64,000 nucleotides of DNA, from assembly GCA_905178155.1 (NCBI GenBank), contig CAJINV010000004.1:4807996-4871995 (forward strand), given 5' to 3'. The first letter of the stretch is position 1. Each line of letters starts with the position of its first letter. A program made the position numbers and the translations under genes. Positions 47,212-58,860 of the stretch are shown here, piece by piece. Origin of the DNA: Amoebophrya sp. A120. Taxonomy: Eukaryota; Protista; Dinoflagellata. Under the pieces are notes generated by a model that made no database searches, was not told where the DNA came from, and saw only the letters and a list, made by a program, of their open reading frames with translations.

Positions 47212-48939
47212 ATGGCAGTCGATGCCTTGATGACCCTGCTCGTGAATACCACGGTCAATGTCACAGGCAATGTCACAGGCAATGTCACAGGCAATTTCAC
47301 GACCAATTCTGCCACGGTCACTGCCGCGTCAGCAACCGGAGACGCAGCCAGTGGAAGCAGCGGCGCCGGCATCAACGCAACTAGTACAGCCGACGCGGTT
47401 AATATATCCTGTGCAAAAGTATCGTACTCGTATAAATCCAACCTTTTTTTTTGGCGCGAAATAGTATAGAAGTTGGTGGGAAGTTGTTGAGAAGTTGGCG
47501 CGGAAGTTGGTGAGAAGTGGGCGCAGAAGTTGGTGAGAAGTGGGCGCAGAAGTTGGCGCGGAAGCCGGTAACAAGTGGCGGGCCGTGTTGGCGCCGTCAT
47601 CGGCTCAGCCGAGTGGCGTGGCACGTCACTCCGCCGCGGCAAGTTCTATCGCCAGCCTTCGCTGCTTGCGGCTGCAGCTGCAAGGGCTTGAGAGAATTGC
47701 GCTGCAGATAAAATATAGAAAGATGACCACTGTCATTCTTTCCATTTATCTGCAGCGCTGCTCGATCAGTTCGCGCGAGGGCCCCACGCGCGAAAACAAA
47801 GATGAGAGGCGGCAAAAGTTGCGTCTGTGATGGCTGCACGCACAGACGCCTTTCTGGTGATTGCGCACGCGCGACGAAGTGGCGCTGCACGGCGCAGGGG
47901 CGCTGATGTTTTTCATTTATGACAAATTGCGGAGCTACGTATAATTAATTAAATTCAATTGATTCCGCAATTAATGATAAATGGGCTGGCGTTTCTTTTG
48001 CCAAAAAATGCATTTTTGCGTGTAGCCTACAGCATTTAAAATGTTTTTTCTTCGCAACTTCTCAACAGCTTCTCAACAACTTCTACATAACTTCTGCACC
48101 AACATCGCGACGAACATCCGACCAACTTGGCGAATTTTTCGAGGCTTCATGCAATTAATTTCCAAGCGAAGGCTTCATGCAAATTAACTGCGTGGCAACT
48201 TCAAAAGATCGCCTGCAGAACCCCGGAAGCTGTCAGCAAGATGAGGCTTTGGAGCTCCCACAGCGCCTGCATTTGCGCGGAGGCGCGACCGAAGTATACC
48301 CAGCCAAACTGCTTCGTGACTGCGCACGCGGCCACGGGAAACTCGTGAAAGAAACACCAGGCGAAGCCTGGTAGAGAAGTTGGCGCGCCTACAGTTCAAA
48401 TCCGCACCAAGCCCCCGAACAAACCCACCCGCAGACTCCCGCCTACTTCTCAACAGCTGGGAAGTTGGTGAAAAGGTTAGGGAGAAGCTGGTGAGAAGTT
48501 GGTGGGAAGTTGTCTAGAAGTACGTGAGAAGTTGTAGAAAGGTTTCATGCATGAAAAGGTCGGATTTATACGAGTACGATACTTTTGCACAGGATATAAT
48601 AACGCTACCAGCAATGCCACCGTTCACGAAACTGTCATGGCCGCAAACCCGGCAAACATCTTTCTCGAGGTACTCGTGGCGCTAGGAACCCTTGCCGTGA
48701 TCATGTTGCTGGGGCTGTTCGTGTCGATACCGGCAACGCCGCCCGGCTGGGACGAGTATGTACTGTCAAAAACGACGGGGAAACACGGAAAGAAAGCAAC
48801 AAAGAAACCTCCTGGAGGTGGCGAACAAGCAGCTGCTGATGCAGCACCAGCACCGGAAGCGGCCGGCGCCGCGGAGCACGAACCTGGAGCAGCAGCTGCA
48901 CCAGAAGGAGGAGGAGAGGAAGCGGCGGCGGCGGGTTGA
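47212..48939 (+). CDS. Small N-glycosylation-site-rich single-pass membrane protein (hypothetical)
   Basis: MAVDALMTLLVNTTVNVTGNVTGNVTGNFT…AVN|NATSNAT…VLVALGTLAVIMLLGLFVSI… joined in frame across element 47405-48596. Confidence 0.75.
47405..48596. mobile_element. Large family A element (1192 bp), TSD TAATA
   Basis: Perfect long TIR TATCCTGTGCAAAAGTATCGTACTCGTATAAATCC … GGATTTATACGAGTACGATACTTTTGCACAGGATA, with TAATA at 47400-47404 and 48597-48601. The interior has AGAAGTTGG arrays. Confidence 0.95.
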
Positions 48940-51900
48940 GGCAGCTGTAGTTCCTGGCTCTAACCTTGTTAAAGTAGTGTGAAGAACACAATGGCTATGG
49001 CGTCGAACGCTATCTAGACACCGCCAACATTAAAATTTGAGTTTCGGATTTTTGTTTCGAAGTGTTGCAGGAGGCGGATGAACGATAGAAAACATTTTCG
49101 AAGAAAACGCAAAAGAAAAATCGATCTCCAGCTGGGTTTTTGTGGTTCTAATACGTGGACCTGTGACGAAGTGCGTCGCAGATGAATGTAGTTTTCAAAA
49201 AATTCGTGAAATAAAAATCGTGTTGTAGTGGCTATTGCTAAATGAGCATTACTTACTTCAGATGAAGAGTTGCGTCGTCGGATTGAACTCGTCCTCGTGT
49301 CTTTGAGTTGCTTCTAGATCCTCTAGAGGTGTGAGATAGTAATGAAAGGCTTTCTGATTCTGTTGAGCGAAGGCTTCCGAGAGCGGAAAAGGAGCGGAAA
49401 CTGAGAACGACAGCAAGCAGAGGCGACATCGCGCGTCGGCGGGAACTACTACTGCCAATGATGAAGTCGCTCGATTCGTGGTGGTCAAAAGCATCGGGAG
49501 TTTTTTCCAGTGGTGCGATCGCGATGAGCATCATTCAAAAATATGCGTGCATTTACTACGTTACATCAGCCAAGAATTGATCGTGTCAACACCATTCTTG
49601 TGTTTCAAGTTGAAAAAAATTGCCACAACTGTAGAACAAAGTTCTTGGTCCTCGTCTTCGTTCTCGTAGCGACTTTGAAGTTGTCCTCGGTAGTAACTAC
49701 ATTTTTTCAAATATAGTAATTTAGTGCACAAATAGAAGTAGTACTATCTACAAAGGCCGGGCCGCTTGTGCAACTTGGTGGTTATCTATCATTGCCAAAC
49801 GGGAACAAGTAGTAGAGCATCGACAAATATGGGTGAAGGCAAGGCCGCGATGGTAAACACCCGGGATTGCCCGGAGCTATTCGGCAAGAAGCAGATCGAC
49901 GCCAAAAAAGCCGGCATTTGTGACGACGATGAAGACGAGTGCAACACGCTATACGATTGTGGGTAATATACTAACTGACTCACTTTTTTTTTGCAAGCAT
50001 TTGACTGTCATGCCTTTATTTTACGTCGTCGGAAAGAGCTGCAAATTTGACATCGTAAGAAAAAATGAAACTATCAGGAACAAGAAGTACACCCTTTCCC
50101 AGCTCTGCGAGATGTTTCCTTTCTGCACCAAGCAGCAGATTGAGTCGTTGATGGCACAGTACGCGGGCGAGGAAGGGATGATAAGGCTCACGAAATACCA
50201 CCAAGGGCAGGAGGCAGCGTATTGATCATCAAGATCAACCTGAACCTGATTTGGTCGTGCATAATTTTGAACAGCGTCCTCATCTACAAACAAAAGCACC
50301 ATGTGAAATGATCAAGCAAATGTCCAATCTTCACAACAAAATCAAAACAACAGAGCGAAACAGCGCGAAGCGTTGGAAGAGGAGAGGACGCGGGAGCCGA
50401 AAAAACAGTTCGAGGGCGTGGGGGAGCGGGCGTTTCCAATATGAGAGCGCACAACGAGGTTTTTTCCATATTTGGAAGACAGCAACAGCAAGAGCTCTTG
50501 GCAAAGCCAAAGATGATTGAGCGGGTTTTGCATCACAATAAATTCACGACGCAGGATGAGGATTATTGTGCTTGTGTTAGTTTGCGCTGTCCTTGGGATC
50601 TTTTATGCACAATAGCAAAGACAAAACCAAAAGCAAGCATATGAATGGTAATAGATTTGGGGTTGCCATGCGAAATGAGTGGAGCAAGTATCAGTTGTGC
50701 ACTGTCATATTGAAAATTGAGCTTGGAAAAGGAATGGGAACTGGTCGACGAGCTGGACGACTGGACGAAAATTGACCCGATGGAGAAGAAGAAAACGTAT
50801 TGAGAATTTTTGAAGATTTACATGTACGAGATTGATTTGCTCAGCATGAATGGAATTTGTCATGGTGACTAGCCTAAGTAACCGTAAAGACGGTTCCTCC
50901 AAATCGAAATTTGTCGATGCGAAAAACTAAAACCTACAGGTGGGCGGAAAGGATAAAGGACCAAGGAAACTGAGAGAAGACGAGAAAAAATGCTTGCAAC
51001 AGCAGCTACTATGATTGAGAAGGAGCAGCTTCAATATACGAAGAAGAAGAACTTCATCTACACATTCATCTCGACGTCGATGTTGGTGCTACCGCAACTA
51101 CAACATCTTCGCCATCCACATTCAAGACCTTCCACCTCTTATCATCACAGTCGGCACGAAGAGTTTCATGGAAAACAACCGAACTTTTTCTTGTACTGCA
51201 ACATCCTTTCTGCTGTCCTTTTTCACCTTCCCCCTGTCGACGGCGTGAAGATACTCCCCAACTACACGCAAGCAGTCGCCATCCAACATCCTCTTGTTCT
51301 TCAGCGGAAACATGTCATCGGCTCCAAACAAACCTACCTGCATTCTTTCTACCCTCACTACATCCTGTAGAACTACTTTGTTATCCGGTTCCGGGGGCAG
51401 CAGCACCGTCGTGCGCGGGTGCATCGATAGCCGCTCGCTGTGAAGATGAAAGCCCGTCGTGGTACTGCACGACTACCACCAGTGGACCGCAGACATGCAC
51501 ATCACGCCAACCTTCTGCAGAAGTGCTACTTCGTGCCCGGCGCTGAGACGTGGTGGAATGCAGTGAAGCGGCAGCACGATCTCAGCCGCCTTCTCTGAAG
51601 TTGCTGCAGAAGGAGTAGACGAGGAGCAAGGAGGCCTAAGGCAGGAAGAACGATTCATCTACAGTCAGCGACAGCGTGCTGTTATTCCATTTCTAGTCCT
51701 CTGTCTGAGACGAAAATTAGCATCAGCAGGATCAGTAGCTGCGCGTTCCTGACTCATCTCCTCTTCGCGAGGGCGGTTCTCTAGCAAGTGCGCCACCAGG
51801 CGTTCAGCATTGCTGCATCGGGACCTCCTTGTACTGTGCTGTAGCCGTACTTCTCGCTGCAGTAGTTTCACCCAAGACATCGCTGACCTCTCGTCTCTGC

Positions 51901-53082
51901 AGCATCGACGAAACGACACAGCTTCAACAATCGTCCGGGGCGTCCAGAAGTGTTGACTCGAGCAGTTCATCTGTGGTCAAGAGGCCGTGCGCGACGTAGT
52001 ACATGTACGACTTATTGTACACGTATCAGATTTAGAAGATACAGATAGGGAAGGCTTCGCGATTAGTAACTTTTGTGACCACCAGTCGCGAGGCAACTTT
52101 TGTGCACAAAAATTGAACACTAGTAGCAATCCCATGTGGTGCAAGAACGTGCACCACCATCGCGTGCTGCACCTGCTGTGCGTGATTGTGAAAGTGATTT
52201 TATTTCGCGTCGAGTTTGTCTACTCGTTACGTAAAAATCTACTTGGAAAAACAGAACATGCGGTCACCTTTTTGATCGCAGCTTCTGCAGGGAAGTGACT
52301 ATGTTTTGCGGTTTTTCTACTTTTTGTACCAGAATTATCGAAGCTGTCTTGCAATTCGCGCTTGTACCTTTGACAGTTCTACCGCTTGTGCATTGCTCGT
52401 CTCTTCTTCAGACTATTCCGTAACGCCAAATGTCTATTTTGCAGAAACGCTGCGGACCTTCGAATAGACCTCAGCGTCAGCCGCACAGCAAGTGCCTGCA
52501 GCTGATGAAGAAGATGCCAACTACGGTGCGAATCTTCCATCCTCTATTGTCACACAATAATGTAGATTTGTTCTGCTTGTTTTCAATTTTCTTTACATGC
52601 GATTTTGTTGTGACCGCAAGTCCACGTGTTGCAGATGAAACCCTACTTGAGGTGTGGTTAGTGAGGGTGAGGGACGAACTGAGAGAAAAAGAGCGGAAGG
52701 AAAAACAATTTTATGTCGTGAATTTTTCATTTGAAATTTAGAATACATGACGAGCAGATATTAAGTTCTTCAAAATGATTTCCATTGGTTGGCGCCTGCA
52801 GACTGACAACAAACAAAGTAAGGAAAAGGACTCGATGATTGGCGACAGATGTTAGCAGCAACGCTCCTAGCTAGCAGCTTCTCCTTTTTGCGCTCCTTGC
52901 CGGTCATGTTCGCAAGCTGCTCGTGTTGATGAGTCATCCTAAGCAAAAAATATATCCTGCCGGTCCTGCTGGTGCGCGTTCATCTTCATCAAGTGTTGTT
53001 GGGCTACTGCAAAGTAACAAGGCAACCACGACGACTGCCAGCGCCATCAATACTGCCACTTGCTTCTGTTGTAACAACAAGA

Positions 53083-56000
53083 ATGCCGGGCCAACATCAG
53101 CAGCCCCCCTCACAAAATAACCCGCCCAGCACGACCAAGATGAAGCTTGATAACAAGCACCATTCGTCGAACAGCGGTTTGATCCGCGATATGCAGCGTA
53201 TTCTGGTGGAAACAAAACGAAAATACGACGAAGTGCTGGTAGACGGCGAACGGAAGGAACAGGAGCTGACCCGGATCCGCGACTCGATTCGCCTGTGGGA
53301 AGCCGCAAAAGAGGAAGAGGAGCGCACCCAACGGTCACTGGGGCTACTACAACCGACTTCTTCGAGCGGGGGTGGAAATAATGCTCCCGCGGCCGGACCC
53401 GGAGCAGGGTCAATTGCAGGAACTACGGGTGGACTAAACAAAGCTTCGTCTGCGTCTTCGAGCTCATACGCAGGTGGTTTTAACAGAAACGGCACCACCG
53501 GAGCTGCAGCGGGAACGAGCGGGGCGGGAGGGAGCAGCTCATCCGACCAGATTCATTCCTCCACTGGCACTTCTGGTGGAGACCAGCAGATCATGCCTCA
53601 TGATCCGAATTATGCCACGAATGCTGCAAATGCGGCAGGAGGTAGTGCAACTATGAGTAGCTCATCCGACCAAGATCTCCTAAGCCAAGACCCGAACGCG
53701 CTACAGATTGAGGACCTCGAGGTGAGCAGGAAAGTCTACAAACACATCCTCGAGCGGTCACGCACCGAACTCGGCGTGCTGCGCCAGCGGCTGTTGAAGT
53801 TAGAAGGATTGTTGGACAAGCGCACCCTGGAAGAGGAGGGCAAGCTCGCACTGTCCCGGAAACTGACGCAGGCGAAACAGCACAAGCAGCACGAGCTGGA
53901 TAAGCTTGAGGTGAGTATATCTGAGCACAACACCTGAAAAAATGTTATCATATATCATTCGTATATTGCAATTGTTGAACTTGATTTGCCTTCCCATGTT
54001 GATCTATCAGGCCGACATCCGTAACGCATCGGAGCGGGAGCAGGAGACGCTCCTGGAATACGAAGGCAAGCTGGAAAGCAAGCGCGAGGCGGTGAAGCGA
54101 CGGACGGATTTTGAGAAGTGGCGGCAGGAGATCGCGGTAGAAGCCGCAACGGAGGCGTTGTTTGCGAGTGCGAGCAGACTGAGGAAAATGTGGGCCATGG
54201 AAAAGTTGACAGGTAGTCCTTTCTTTTGTGCTGCGCGGTATTCTAAGATCCTCATGCTGCAGACGTATTCAAGAACACAGAAGTTGAAGTTGAAGCTGAA
54301 GCTCCTTGTTTTCACGCCAGCATTCGACTTTTGGCTCTTTTATAGTAGGATTTGGATTTCTGTATGACCATCGATATTCACCTCAGTAAAAGGCGTCTCC
54401 GTAACCTCCACAACAAATTGCAGGTAACTGTCTCCAGCGCATTATGTACGAGCAGGTGGAACGCAGTCAAGTGACCGAGGACGGGTTCTACCAAGTGCAA
54501 AAATGTCTGGGTCTGGAAGAATGCAACTTGTGATGCTGCATTTGGATTCCAAAAAAAATCTGTATTGCATGAGTGCCAAGGGGAATGCAATTTTTGCTAC
54601 GCTGAGAACAAGGCATTTGTCATGCGGAAATGGATTATGCATCAAGAAGCCCTCAAAAAATCTGTATTGCTAGGGTATGCATCACAGACATCATGGCTCA
54701 TGCAAAACGTGCATGACAAGTGTCAGAATCTTCCAGACCCAAACACTTTTGCATTTGATAGGTTCCAGCGCATCCGGGAGGTCACCGGCTTAACCGAGGT
54801 TTCCGAAATCGTGCAGAAATTTCTCAATCGCGATGTGGAGCACGAAAGATTGGAAAAGAACGTCGTGGAAAACGAGAAACGGAAGAAGGACTTGGAGCAG
54901 GAAATCACCAATTCAGCCAATTTGCCGACGGCTGGAGCAGGAGGAGGTGCAGCAGTAGCTTCATCATCTATTGGAGAGCATGAACAAGCAGAAGCTCCCT
55001 CGGGCGTGCGCGAAGATCCTGCCGCTGGTGTCATTGCCGGTGTTGAGGACGCATCTTCTTCCACCGCGCCACGAATGTTAACTGACGGCGGGGCTTCCTC
55101 CTCTACCGACGCAGAAGGAGACGGTGCAAATACGGACCTCCTGCGGGAGGACGCGGCTGGAGCAATATTAAAACAAGACCTCGTGACATCAAGTCCTCAG
55201 CAGCAGCAAATAACCACTCTGTCCTCGACCTACCAGCAGGTGGATAAGCTCGAGAACGAGCTGACCAGGGTCAAGCGCGAGTTTTCGGAGTCTCGGGAGC
55301 TGTCGGAGGCGAAAATCATCGAAATGGACAAGTTACGGAAGTGGATGGTGCGTCTGGGAAAAAGTTTATCCTTTTTCGACCAGTACTACACCGAGTTTCT
55401 CAGCTCCACCAGCGATTTGCAAATGCAGCAACAGGGCGGGGGTGGGGATGGAGGGGGGAATAAGCCTGGGGCTGGCGGGGTCTCCTCACCGAATCTGATC
55501 GTGCAACAGGTAAATGTTGATGGGTTTTTGCTCATCATTTTTCGGAAAAAAAAATTCTGGAGATGATGAGATGATGCGCAAGTACAGTTTTTTGGGTTTT
55601 GAATAAAAAGCAAACGCATTCACATTCCCTTGTAGCCAATAGACCAAAGAGAAAGATGCAAAGATCACACTTCTCGTTTTACTGCACAGGAAACCATGCA
55701 GAGCTTTTTTCGCCGGTTACACACCCAGACCGTGCCCCAGTTGATTCAGGAAGTGCGGAACCAGCTTGGAACCGGGCGCCGCGGAGTTTTCTCCAAAGAA
55801 TACCACGAGCAAGCCAGACTGCTCAACGACAAGGAATTCCTGCGGAACAACTGTACTTCAAGAACGTATGGCAATGGCTGTTTCTCAAAAGCAACTGCAT
55901 GATGTCATACGATGATAAAAATTGAAAAAACTGATACTTGCACGACCCTCGCAGCTGTTCCTCACTACAGCAGAAATACAGAATTGACACAAAAAACTAT

Positions 56001-56218
56001 CGTCAGGTCGTGTCACCCTATCGGCAAACAACCAGGGAGGTCTGCCCGGCGGTCTTGTCTCTGCGCCGGGAATCGTCAATGTGCAGCAAAGCAACGAATC
56101 GGCGACCAACGTGGAGGATAACGTGATTTTGCGCGAGAACCGCGAGGCAATGAAAGCCGCGTCGATTGCGAAGGCGCAAGAAGGCTGGAGGGAAAGAAAT
56201 CGGACGAGGCGGAAGTGA
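53083..56218 (+). CDS. Outer dynein arm docking complex-like coiled-coil protein (CCDC151/ODA10- or CCDC114/ODA1-like)
   Basis: Long coiled coil with EDGFQRIREVTGLTEVSEIVQKFLNRDVE, resembling the conserved segment of this family. GT-AG introns at ~53911-54010, 54213-54423, 55510-55689 and 55853-56006, plus element 54489-54760. The start is uncertain. Confidence 0.72.
54489..54760. mobile_element. Introner-like element, family B2 (272 bp), TSD GGTTC, left end TAC
   Basis: TAC-caag-TGCAAAAATGTCTGGGTCTGGAAG … CTTCCAGACCCAAACACTTTTGCA-tttg-ATA, with GGTTC at 54484-54488 and 54761-54765. Confidence 0.94.
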
Positions 56219-57435
56219 AAAGGGGAAGTAGACCTCTAGTGGTCCTCCACAGGTGCGGTTCTTTGACAAATCTAATGAAGCAAAACATGGCGCCACCCGA
56301 AAGGCCCCTGCTTCGTCATCTCCGAGTCGTGGAAGTGAATGAAGAGTCGATGAAACCTTGAAAGACAGTGGATGGACGATAACGATTAACAGGAGTAGGG
56401 ATAGCATGCGGAAAACGTATTTTTGTTCGTTCCTACTTCTTGATAGTCTGTCTTGAACTGCCTACGTGAGTAAATCATACAGATGCACGGCAGATCAGAA
56501 GATAAAGCGTTTTTTTGATGCGCAACGAACTGCGACGACGCTCTACAGCCACAAGTTTCACTGAAGCGAACACAGATGAATATCACAATGCAAAGAACAA
56601 GAACGATATCGATACAAAACTACAATCAAAGGCGGTGGAAAACCATTGTAATCTTGAAAAAAAGAGCCAACAGCTTGGCTCCTTGCTTTTCTGCGAGCTG
56701 ACGTGTCGGGATCGATGCATGCGTCACAAAATCGTGGCACGAGGTGGAGTAAGAATAAGAAAAGTTCAGCTGCGATCCCTCATAGTACAGTGGCTCTGGT
56801 GTGTACGAAGGAAAAGCCTCGTCGCTCCATTTCAACATGTTCACGTGGTCATGCGGAATGGTAATGAGGAAGACGAAGACCACTCGTTGCACTTGCGCTC
56901 AAATGCGTTCTTGTGTGGAAACTCAAAAATGGACAAACAGCCCGGCAGCACTTTTCAACGGAAGTATTAACTTGTTTTGCTACGTAGTCTGAATTTGTAT
57001 GGTACGAAGATAGAAGAACTCGGTGGAATCACGAAAGTAAATATTACTCGAGATCATTGTATGTGGATGTCGAAGTCCTCGTTCTTAGTTTGTCGTTGGA
57101 CAAGCGGTGCGTCTGTATGTGTAGCAGCTGAGCGACGAGGAGATTCGCAAATTCGCTCGTTTTCGATGGTGATATAGTTGGATCGAGAAAAATTGAGCGA
57201 GAGTTGGGCGACTAGCAAACATTGTGAGCTTTGTTGTATTCGAATGTTCGCTGCATTGTCCATGACCTTCTTGCCCGAACGCGGCTAGTGAAAGCAAAAA
57301 GTAAATAGAACTTATAGTAGTTTTGAGCTTAGAACAGAGCGCAACTTCTGATACCACACACCTACTCTTGACACAAGAGTAAGACTAAGAGTCTGAGTCC
57401 ATCTGTTATTCAACATCAAGAAAGATTAAGATAAG

Positions 57436-58860
57436 ATGGTGGACACGGCCGACACTCTATCTCGCCTCCAGTCCGCTGCCTCTTCTACCTACGGGACCTG
57501 GGTTAAACGACGTGCGGAGGATTACTACCTGAAACTCCAGCGCAACATAGAGGACGAGGCCGCATCATCTACAAACTTGCTAAACAGAGAACTGCGAACT
57601 TTGGACCCTGTTCAAATTGAAATCGCCGCGGACATCTTGAGCAGAAACGCGTCCTTGACACAGGAGACGGAGTTGATTGTGAAGGAAACGCTGTTTGTGC
57701 ATTCCTCCTGCGTCGCAGCTGCGAAAAAGGGACATCTGTGTTGCAAGGTCAACGTTGGGGCGCTAAATGCGACGTGCGCGGGCGCAATAGCCGGCCATGG
57801 CACAGCGGTGATGATCTGGGTCCCACCCACAAAAAACAGAATTCCCGTGCCGCGTCTGAACGATCCAAACCTGGCCCAGGTCCGAGCGGAGGACTTTCTT
57901 GAAGATCAAGATGGTGGAGCTGCTGCCGGGCCGAATCTCCAAGACGCGCCGAACCCCGGCCCCGCAATCCGAGATCAAGTCCGGAACAACAATGGAGCCG
58001 CCCCAGCGCCGATCGCAAACCCAAATCAGCTTTGGCCTACCATGATGTATGACGGGCGTGCTCTTGAGGTTTGGGTTCGCGAAAGATCCAGACTGGATAC
58101 TTACCCCAAGGCTGACGCGAAGGAGCTATCCGCGGTGTTTCAGCCGCTTGCGGATTCCGTGGCGCAGGAGCAGACGCGTGCCTGGATGGCCGCGGTACGC
58201 CGTGGGGCGGCAAAAAGGATGCTCGGCGAGGGTGAGCAAAGTGGCCGCCGAAGCAATTTGCCGGACGGAGTCTTTCGCTTGCCGGTCCCGCTCGCGCACC
58301 TGCCCTCTGAGTTGTTCATGCAGATTAAATCTTTCCTGCGCGACCCTGTGACGTCGGTGCTGCTGAACCCGAGCTACCTGGCCCGCCTAGCGCACGAGAG
58401 ACGGCTGCAAGATCTGGAGCAAACCCTCGACGCGGCACTGGCCCGGTACCTGCAAGAACTGCAGCAGACCTCTGCGCGCCTGTTGCCGGGGTACGAGAAC
58501 AAAGTGCGTGGCAAGTTGGTCGTCTCGGAACAGGAGTTTCAGGTACCACTACCAGTACCGGATGACCTCTCCCTGTACACGCTCAGCGTGCAACTCGGTC
58601 GCAACACCTTTTCCTTCGAAGGTCCCAATGTGTGGCCGTGCCGGCTTGAGATGCGACTGATCACGAGTCGAGCCTGGCAAGACAATTGGATCCACGATGC
58701 ACAGCTGCTGAGACACCCCCTAGTGCGGCCGCCTCCGGAAGAGAGGTATGATAACATCATGTCCGTCCTCGCCGTCTATTTTCACGGAAAAGGGTTCGGC
58801 TTCAAACAACATCGCAGGGACCGAAGCACCTTTTCCATCTGGTGGAAGGAACGAAAATAG
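57436..58860 (+). CDS. Hypothetical protein, intronless (474 aa)
   Basis: Long ATG-initiated ORF with coding-like composition on the same strand as its neighbours. No family recognised. Confidence 0.65.
   Translation: MVDTADTLSRLQSAASSTYGTWVKRRAEDYYLKLQRNIEDEAASSTNLLNRELRTLDPVQIEIAADILSRNASLTQETELIVKETLFVHSSCVAAAKKGHLCCKVNVGALNATCAGAIAGHGTAVMIWVPPTKNRIPVPRLNDPNLAQVRAEDFLEDQDGGAAAGPNLQDAPNPGPAIRDQVRNNNGAAPAPIANPNQLWPTMMYDGRALEVWVRERSRLDTYPKADAKELSAVFQPLADSVAQEQTRAWMAAVRRGAAKRMLGEGEQSGRRSNLPDGVFRLPVPLAHLPSELFMQIKSFLRDPVTSVLLNPSYLARLAHERRLQDLEQTLDAALARYLQELQQTSARLLPGYENKVRGKLVVSEQEFQVPLPVPDDLSLYTLSVQLGRNTFSFEGPNVWPCRLEMRLITSRAWQDNWIHDAQLLRHPLVRPPPEERYDNIMSVLAVYFHGKGFGFKQHRRDRSTFSIWWKERK

Noticed and set aside
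47468-47560. Short repeated AGAAGTTGG units as a CRISPR array
   Set aside because: There are no unique regular spacers and no cas genes, and the context is eukaryotic. These are internal repeats of the element.
49829-50775. Fragmented coding-like stretches on the + strand
   Set aside because: Stops and frame changes could not be resolved by GT-AG or TAT…ATA boundaries and there is no recognisable homology. It may be a pseudogene but cannot be supported.
51122-51970. Minus-strand short ORFs that look partly protein-like
   Set aside because: They are fragmented, with no family recognised. This is insufficient to call a gene or an exception to co-orientation.
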